Shown: positions 10,119 through 17,513 of the stretch, piece by piece
Layout: each line of letters opens with the position of its first letter
How positions within the stretch are numbered: position 1 is the stretch's first letter
Assembly (NCBI RefSeq): GCF_038025025.1
Contig: NW_027117355.1
Span: 116,721-136,720, forward strand
DNA from: Phyllosticta citribraziliensis
Lineage: Eukaryota
Direction: 5' to 3'
DNA: 20,000 nt
Position numbers and translations under genes: made by a program
Notes under the pieces: generated by a model
Seen by the model: the letters and a program-made list of their open reading frames with translations, nothing else
Databases searched by the model: none
What the model was told of the DNA's origin: nothing

Positions 10119-10913
10119 ATGTTGAGGAAAAAAGCACCAGTACCGCCGCCACAGGAAGAGCTTGGAGTCATCGGGCGCAAGTGGCTCCTCTGTCCCTTTA
10201 TCCAGCAACACCAGGTCGAGGAAATCATTCGGAGCTGCGAGTGGTGCGGGGAGTACTTCTCGCTGTGCTGCGTGCACCCCTTGAGCGGCCAGAACAACCA
10301 GCGCGACAGCCACGTCTGCCACCACCGCTCGCTCGTCTTCACCGACGGCGCCTGTCTCAAGAATGGCAAGGAAGAGGCGCGCGCTGGCTACGGCGTCGTT
10401 GTGGGAACGGCCGAGGACCAGTCATACAGCGTGCCCCTCGAGGACGAACACGTGACCAGCCAGAGAGCCGAGTTGATTGGGGCGTACGAAGGCATTGTGA
10501 AGGGCATGAAGCACTTTCGGGAGAGGAAGACGCATCCGATGCCCGTGGCCCAGGAGAAGCGGACGGAGCTGGTCATCGCAACCGATTCCGAATACGTCGT
10601 GGCGGGCATGACCGAGTGGCTGCCCAAGTGGAAGGTGAGCACTCATCGAGCATTCAAAGTGGGCGGCGCAAGAGATCTCGGGCTTACCACGGTGCGCGTG
10701 TAGGTCAAAGGGTTCAAGAACTCGTCGGGCAAGGCGCCGAGCAACCTCGACCTTTTTCTCAAGATTGACGAGAAGATCAAGGAGCTCGAGGAGCCCGAGG
10801 ATATTGTCATTGGCTTTTGGCACGTACCGCGCAAGTACAACGTCTTGGCGGACAGACTAGCCAAAGGCGCTGCTGAGGGGCCGGCGGAGCCCGTTGACCA
10901 GGCCGAAGTTTGA
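10119..10913 (+). CDS. RNase H1-like protein, paralog B; join(10119..10634,10704..10913), 241 aa
   Basis: Motifs VFTDGAC, TSQRAEL, IATDSEYVVAGMTEWLPKWK|VKGF, NLDLF and WHVPRKYNVLADRLAK give a full D76/E118/D156/D222 set. The 69-nt intron GTGAGC...TAG is at the same codon position as in paralog A. Confidence 0.9.
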
Positions 10914-11480
10914 GGGCAACATGCCGTTGACAAGTGATGAATGCTCCTTGGTGGTGCCGTTGTGACCGAGCTGGTTCTGTCGAGCGTCATCAACCCATGC
11001 AGGTGACGGGAAGTAGCGGCAGCTGAGGTTGAGGAAGAGCCGCGAGCCGCATCGCGATTGAGGCGAGAGTCGGGCGCAAGCTGGCGCCGAGCGCATGTGC
11101 GGACGCGCCCGAGACGTGGAGAGTAAAGAGCAGGTAGACATGTGGCGAGAGGGAACACTGCCAGTCGTTGGAAAATACGGCGTGTCCAGGTCGTAATGTT
11201 GCTCTCCACCATGATCTCGGGCACAGTGCGAGGATGCCAGCAAAATGCTGGCATCATGTTGATCCTGTCGAAGAGCATCAAGCCGAGGGAAAGCAAGTAT
11301 ATGAAGCAAGATCACCTGAGAGAAGGCCAAGAGCACTACATAGAGGAAACCCGAAATCCAAACCCATCCATCATGATCTGCGCGTGCCAAACCCCAAAGT
11401 CCTCTTCCACCAGCACACTGACCTGACCCCTCAAGCCTGCAAACCACCCGCTATAAGGCAATAAAGCCAGACAGATATGC

Positions 11481-11557
11481 GGGTGGATTGAGAGGAGCAG
11501 AGGACGTCGGCCCACTTCAATCCTGGGCATGCCTCTTCTGGTCCTCTCAATCCACTC
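11481..11557 (+). ncRNA. Putative hairpin RNA 1 (pre-milRNA-like)
   Basis: 11481-11504 pairs with 11534-11557 (21 WC, 2 G-U, 1 mismatch). Inner stem GCCCA/TGGGC closes a 9-nt loop. Followed by TTTATTTTAATTTTT. Confidence 0.5.
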
Positions 11558-11606
11558 CTTTATTTTAATTTTTGGTCTCCTCTTGTGCGCCATGGCCGAA
11601 AAGGGA

Positions 11607-11653
11607 AAGTCCATGTGCGCAGGTTCGAGTCGCTGAGCGCGCCGTATTCTTTT
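11607..11653 (+). repeat. 47-bp repeated element, copy 1, with B-box-like core GGTTCGAGTC
   Basis: 41/47 identical to 11905-11951 (offset 298 bp). Confidence 0.85.
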
Positions 11654-11722
11654 TCGTGGCGTAGTCTTGCGCTGCACTGAAGTGTTCTGAGGGCTGCTCT
11701 ACGGCGTCCCCCAACCACGGAC

Positions 11723-11750
11723 CTATAAATAATCAACTGCCCTATATAAA
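11723..11750 (+). promoter_or_regulatory. Tandem TATA-like boxes upstream of hairpin 2
   Basis: TATAAAT and TATATAAA, the latter ending about 22 nt before the stem starts at 11773. No protein-coding gene follows. Confidence 0.45.
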
Positions 11751-11772
11751 GCCAAAAGTGCGAATAATTCCC

Positions 11773-11856
11773 AAGTGGTAATTTAGCGTCATGGCCGTAC
11801 CTCCCTGAAGCACAAGGAGGCAGGTACGGCCATGACCCTAAATTGCCACTTTTTTT
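11773..11856 (+). ncRNA. Putative hairpin RNA 2 (pre-milRNA-like) ending in T7
   Basis: AAGTGGTAATTTAGCGTCATGGCCGTACCT (11773-11802) pairs with AGGTACGGCCATGACCCTAAATTGCCACTT (11822-11851): 28 WC, 1 G-U, 1 C-C mismatch. T7 at 11850-11856. Confidence 0.55.
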
Positions 11857-11904
11857 CCCTCACTACTTTGTTGATTTGCTAGAAGCGAAACGTCCTAAAA
11901 CAGC

Positions 11905-11951
11905 AAGTGGATGTGCGCAAGTTCGAGTCGCCGGGCGCGCCGCATTCTTTT
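11905..11951 (+). repeat. 47-bp repeated element, copy 2, with B-box-like core AGTTCGAGTC
   Basis: 41/47 identical to 11607-11653. Confidence 0.85.
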
Positions 11952-12001
11952 GGATGGTGCGCTGTGACGAGAGAGAGGTTTCTGGCCAGAGTAAGTGTCG
12001 A

Positions 12002-12212
12002 AAGAGATGAGACTTTCTGGCAACGTGTGTGCATCTTGGGAGCTTTCATTTGCTCCGTAGATGCGCTTAAGGAGCATTCATTCGCTGCCAGAGGTGCACT
12101 CAAGGAGCATTCATGCACTGCTCTCATTGCACTTGGGAAGCAGTCGCTCATTGGTGCACCCAGACCAAGGAAGTCTCATTTCTTCCTGTGGCGGTGGTTA
12201 TCTTGCTTTTTT
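12002..12212 (+). ncRNA. Putative structured RNA 3 (long basal stem enclosing a multibranch region)
   Basis: 12002-12017 pairs with 12169-12184 over 16 contiguous bp (2 G-U), extended by TGG/CCA and GTGCATC/GGTGCAC. T6 at 12207-12212. Confidence 0.4.
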
Positions 12213-12638
12213 GCCATTGCGTCTACCTTGTCGTCATATCATGGCCTTGGTGTTCTACGCCCGCGGGCCCAGATCTGAAAGTTCAGAAGCAAGATCTCCG
12301 ATCCGCCGCCCTAATGACACCGGACTGGTCGTTGCTGTGTGATCGTCTCTGCGACCCGTCTCGATTCTTGACGTCGTCTGAGCATTCCTCACGAATCGAA
12401 TCAACCCATCCCATCACGAGCAATTCACTGGCGTGAGGCTGCTTCTGTGAGGTACGAGAATTGTGGTATACCCATCCTAACGCCAGCCCGTTTATATGCA
12501 CATTTTAAACAAACACTCTTGCTCTTTCTGAAAGTGTCTCAAATTCTCCCACCCGCCTCCGCAAAAGTGCTGGACCGGGTGTGGAGATTGTGTACGAAAA
12601 AATGCGTCGCGTGCCAAATCCAATGCTTCCTATTTCCT

Positions 12639-13157
12639 TTATTTCCGCTTGTGGGGTCCGACGAGCTTGGGGTACATGCGCGACAGGTGGTAGTTGATGT
12701 TGTTCGTCTTGGTCACGTTGGATTTCTGGAGTCTTCTGGTTAGAGTTGCGACGAGTTGGCGGACTGGCTGAAGTGCTGTTACCGGCGCGTCCATGCACAT
12801 TCTCAGTTGTTGCTCAACTGCTGCGCAGCCTGCTACGTTGTATCCGTGCGAAGCCCAGCAACCTGCATGTTGCACATCAGCACATCTTTCCTGGGAACAG
12901 TTTCAAGACAGAGCTGTCGAGCGTCCAATCCAACATGCTGCGCCCACAGCTCTTCCATGACCATCACTCCTGAGTGTCTCTCTCCAAGTCTTTCAATGTA
13001 TCCGGCAGCAAGAAAGCTTCGACGTACCCAGCACTGACGACATGACACCCAGGCATGGGTTGGGCTCGACGATGTTCGGGTTCTTGACGCGCAGCTTCGG
13101 CAGAGGAGGCAGCGGGCGCTTTGGAAGCTTCGGTCCGTTGGCCTTTGGCGGAGGCAT
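12639..13157 (-). CDS. MRP10: Mitochondrial small ribosomal subunit protein mS37/Mrp10 (twin CX9C); complement(join(12639..12725,12783..12862,13028..13157)), 98 aa
   Basis: Spliced product MPPPKANGPKLPKRPLPPLPKLRVKNPNIVEPNPCLGVMSSVLGCWASHGYNVAGCAAVEQQLRMCMDAPKSNVTKTNNINYHLSRMYPKLVGPHKRK has the twin CX9C and the INYHLSR motif. Introns are GTACGT..CTGAT..CAG (165 nt) and GTAACA..CTAAC..CAG (57 nt). Confidence 0.93.
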
Positions 13158-13462
13158 TGTCGATGTCTGCGGTCCAAGTCGTGGCAAAGGTGCGAAGGTC
13201 GGTGCAATTGAATGTCGTAGAGCGACGGCGTGGTCCCAAAATCCAGCCCGGCCCGGCAGAAATTCGGCGTCTCGGCAACGGCCACGCTGCGATCGGCACG
13301 CCCATGTTTACATCGCAGCGTCAACGAAAACATCACTACCCGAACTGCGCCCACACGTCGACATCTTCTACCCTTGCGCCGGCTGAGTGAGACTGGATCG
13401 AGTGGTGTCCAGTCTTCTCGAATCTCCTCCATCTGCAGGTTTTCAGTGCGCTTTTGCGAACC

Positions 13463-16400
13463 ATGACCGACTCCTCAACAACGTCCACACCGCCGCCCGC
13501 GGAGCAAGGACAACCCACGCGACCTCCGTCCTTCGACGCTTCTTGGGATGCCACCGACGCGTCTGCCTTTGATCCCGCCTCTCTTCCCCTGGCCAAGGCG
13601 CCGCGCGCTTGGGAACGCCAGCCGCACTCGCCCTTTGCGCGCACTGGCAAGTACCGCAAGGTCTGGAAGCGCAACGAATTGCGAACGACTCGATCGCAGA
13701 CCAAGACTGGCGATGGGAAGGAGTCGCTGAACCAGGACGAGGACGGTGGCATGCAGAGTCCCAGGAAAATCGTCAAGAAACGCGTTCTGGACGCGCCGCC
13801 TGAAGACCCAACTGCGACGCCGGGCAGGGTCCGCCCAAAGAGCAAGGCTTTCGCGCCGACGCGGTATGATGATTCGCCGCGAAGACACAGTGGGAGGATC
13901 GCACGTATGCAGCAGCGCTCTTGGATTTGTGATGTCGAAGGCTGACAGACTCAGGCAAACTTGTTTCCATGGACCACTCCGAGTCGAGCTCTGCCACCTA
14001 CGGCTCCGTTTGGACTGGCGAACAGGCAAAGGGTAGCATGGGATCTAGGAGGGCTTCTTTGCAAATCATCAAGAAACGAGACTCGCTGTCTTTGGACAAC
14101 ACGCTTTTCGAGACGACGACGGCAACCGTACAAGACTCTGCGACCTCAGAGACCGCGCGTGAGGAAACCGCTGATGAGGTCGATCAAGATTCCGCATCAT
14201 TGTCGATTACTAGCGAACAAGAGGCGGAAGAACAAGTGGTTGAGCAGGCAGCTGAAGAGGATGAAGGTAGCCCCACCCGCGAGGTGAATGCGAAAGACGA
14301 AAACCGGGACATATCTTTTCAGGCAGATGCTGCCTCCCGCGCTGCTCCTCTCGAGGCTGTTGACTCGGAGGCCTCTGGTCAAGACACAATGCCTGAGAGC
14401 GGCGTTGCCGATACTGGGAGTGAAGAGACCCTGGAGCTGGAGAACGCTGCAGAACAGCTAGGCAGTGCCGATGCGCTGCCAATCGCAGCACCGGAAGACA
14501 AGCCGCAGCACCGAGTTGTTGAAGTTTCGGAAGAGCAGGATTCAGATGCCCTACAGCCAGAGACTGCGCCAGAAATCACCTCTCCCGCCACGGCTGCCCC
14601 CGGCAGTGCGCCAACTGAGGCCATTGCGGACTCTGATTCGATTGTTCATGATGGAACCACTGGTGGTTCGGAAATGCTTGCGCAGAGTCGATTGGAAGCA
14701 GATAACCAGGATCGTCAACAATTCGAGACGGCGATACCAGAGACCGACACCATCAACCATGATGCCCAAGAGCCAGAGGCTGAGGTTTCAGTGCAAGAAG
14801 CTGTGACTGAATCAAATGAAGAAGGCACCGCGGACGCGTTTGAAGAGGGATCTGTCGCCCAAAGGCCGGACGTTCAACAAGACGAGGAGCAGGAGGAGCC
14901 CGATCGATCCGCGCAACTTGAAAACGAAGTTGAGGACTCTACCCAAGATGCTGGCTTCTCCACGAGCCCAGTGGAACCGCCTCGAAGACCCAACCTAGAA
15001 TTCAGCGCTAGTTCGTTGTTCGGCGAAGCTCTTGACACGGATGACGGAGAGAAGGAGCCAGAAAGTGCAGAAGCGGACTTGAATGAGACCGGTAGCGACG
15101 GATCTGAAGATGCGGAGGATTCGTTGATCGACATGCCATCGCCCTCGCTTTCAAATACCGAGTCACCCAGGTTCGCTTCTGTTGCGGACACTTTGACGCT
15201 CCACCTTCCGGAAAACCTGTCATCTAGGGAAGAAGATGGTTCAGAAGAGGATGCCTCACTGGAATCACCCACGGATGCCGACACTGCCTATCTGAAGGAA
15301 TTCCTCTCTCGAAGCGATGCGGCAAAAGCAAACCGAACGGCTTCAATGTCGAAACGCGAGTCCTTCACCAACCGCCGGGATTCGGGTCGCGTTCGGCAAG
15401 CTCTTGCGTCGCCACGAGTGGCCCTCGAATCAAAGGATCCCAACTCCCCTCTCAGCGGCGACTCTCCATCGAAGCGATCAAGATCGGAGGAAGAACTAAA
15501 GCCCTCGATTAAGAAACCGAGACTGGAAGCAGAGGCCAAAGTTCTGCCTGCCGAGACGGCCTCGCAGCCGAGCGAAGACATTACTGCAGATCTAACGTTG
15601 GATCAAACTCCGACAGAAAAGAAAGAACCTACCCCAGAACCCAGATCTACCCGTCGCAGCTCCAGGGCACGAACGACGCGCATCCCTTCGACTGCAGCAG
15701 CACCGGCGCCGAACCGCATTCCTGTCCGCCGTGCAGATGGAAACGAGCCAGTCGTGTTGAAGAAAACTGAGGCTCAAGAGCTTGCAATCGCCACGCGCAC
15801 GAACACCCGCCGCAACAAGGGCGGTGCTGTAGCTGCACCGGCTCGACTCAAGAAACTCCAGGCTGAGGCGCTCAAAGCCGAACCTTCACCAAGCGGTTCT
15901 CCGCTCGTCTGTTCCAACCCCGATATTGAAATATTCGAGGCGAGCATGATCAAATGGGACCAGCAACTTGTTTACTTCCAGGACATGGAGAATCCCACTC
16001 CGGAATCTTTGTCGGACGATGAGCTGGCCAGCGGGGGCGTTGACGAGAGCCTGAAATCGAAAAGGGCTACTACACCGCGTGCAAGGCGCACACGGGGCCT
16101 TGGTGCATCCAACGGGACCCCCGCAAAAGGTCTGCTCGCACCGGCAAATCTGCTCCCCGAAAGTGTACAAGCAGAAGTTGAGGCAACAAAGTCTGAAGCT
16201 AAGAAGCCCGCCAAAGTGGGCAGGCCAAAGAAGGCCAGCACTCCAGCCAAACAGACGACTACGGGCCCGCCGACAAACTTGGATCCATTGGCATCCCTCG
16301 TGGAGAGCGCCGAGAAGCCGCGAAAAGAAACTCCCATTCCCCTTCCCAAGCCCAACCCACCGAAGTTTCCTCCGTCACAACTTCCCACTCCAGCTCCGGT

Positions 16401-16632
16401 TACGGCCAGGAAGAGCCGTCTCCAAAGTCCCAAGAAGATCAAGCTGCCTGGGCCTGTACAGCCTGCTGCCAAACAAGCACAGAGCAAAGCAGGTGGGGTA
16501 GGGATTACGGGCGGTACACCTAAGAAGATGCCGGTCACTAGGCTAGGTGCGACGAGTGGCGAGAACACCGCGAACGCGACGGGAAGCAGCATGAGCATTG
16601 GACAGCGGAGACGCGCAGGGAGAAGGGCGTAG
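13463..16632 (+). CDS. Large, largely disordered uncharacterised fungal protein; join(13463..13904,13955..16632), 1039 aa
   Basis: The 50-nt intron GTATGC...GCTGAC...CAG (13905-13954) joins the two ORFs in frame. Basic N-terminal motif PRAWERQP...KVWKR, very acidic middle, K/R/P-rich C-terminus. Confidence 0.82.
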
Positions 16633-17513
16633 ACGGGAAGGCGAAGCCACACAGCAGGCGAGAGAGCATAGGTGCAGTCGATGAAATGGACTTGCATGGG
16701 CTGTTTGATTTCGGCGCGTGGGTAGACTGGATACCCCTTATCAATACCATCCAGGGACATTTTCAGGCGTTTGAGACCACGGAACACGGTTATGCGGCGT
16801 TTCGGGAGGATTTGGGCAGGGCGTGGCTGTGTTGTCTGTTTCTCCAACGATTTAAACGCTTGTTTTGCATAGTGTAGCAGCGCGATTTTGCTCTTCTGCT
16901 GTGCTTCTTTCCGACAAGCTTTTCCCCGGGCGTACGAATTGGGTTTGTCTGTGCAACGCGTGCTGGGCCGTCGTTAGATGAGAAGCCGGAGATGATTGAC
17001 TTGTTCAGCAGTGCCCAATGTCGGTGGAGACGCAAGGGGAATATGGATGATTGGCGCAGTGAGGCGCTTGGGAAGACGGCTGACCACGGTTCCCTTTGGG
17101 GAATAGCGCAAGTGATTGGTGTTGTTCACCCAACGTCGAGTCGACTCTGCCTCTCGCACTGATCCTGCGGCCGGCTCTGCGACCACTCGATTAGACTACC
17201 AACAGCAGCCACATCACTGCTTCTGCGCGGCGCTGCAGCTGCAGACACACATCACTCGAACCACCGGGGTGTTGTGGTGCAGCCGAGCGTGAAGACCATG
17301 GGCGGGCGCTTACAGCTCGCCAATCAGCTCCCACGATGCACGAGCTCACCTCTCACTGGCCCAACTTTCACGCTTCCCGTCTGCTGCTTGTTCGCATTCC
17401 CTGATATATACAACGTTTCCCATGCAGCCCCCGAGTCCCGTCGTCGCTGTCGCAGCTCTGTCGCGACTTGGTCGTCAGCCACCGCACACCAACCCGCTTC
17501 GGCATGAGTGATC

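Noticed and set aside
8888..10913. Retrotransposon remnant as source of the RNase H domains
   Set aside because: Both genes have spliceosomal introns and intact frames, and no RT, integrase, protease, gag or LTR was seen nearby.
11560..11615. Spliceosomal snRNA (Sm-like AATTTTTGG) or RNase P/MRP RNA (GGAAAGTCC)
   Set aside because: No U1/U2/U4/U5/U6 signature sequences and no matching CR-V partner strand recognised.
11585..11654. tRNA gene (A-box-like and B-box-like motifs, GTGCGC/GCGCGC pairing, T5)
   Set aside because: Only about 59 nt, with no anticodon arm and an imperfect T-stem, so it cannot form a cloverleaf. Kept only as a B-box-like repeat.
10643..11677. Minus-strand ORFs of 113-217 aa overlapping the RNase H B end and the hairpin region
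   Set aside because: Non-ATG or weak starts, no family motif, and overlap with better-supported features.
11607..11951. CRISPR array
   Set aside because: Only two repeats, a spacer of about 250 bp, a eukaryotic context and no cas genes.
10914..12638. Telomerase RNA (gap size, STN1 nearby, ACCCTAA at 11835, GTAAGT donor)
   Set aside because: No 1.5-repeat template such as TAACCCTAA was seen on either strand, and the ACCCTAA is buried in a 30-bp stem.
13864..13869. Alternative donor GTATGA for the 1039-aa gene
   Set aside because: Phase 2, incompatible with the acceptor at 13954; the donor at 13905 keeps the frame.
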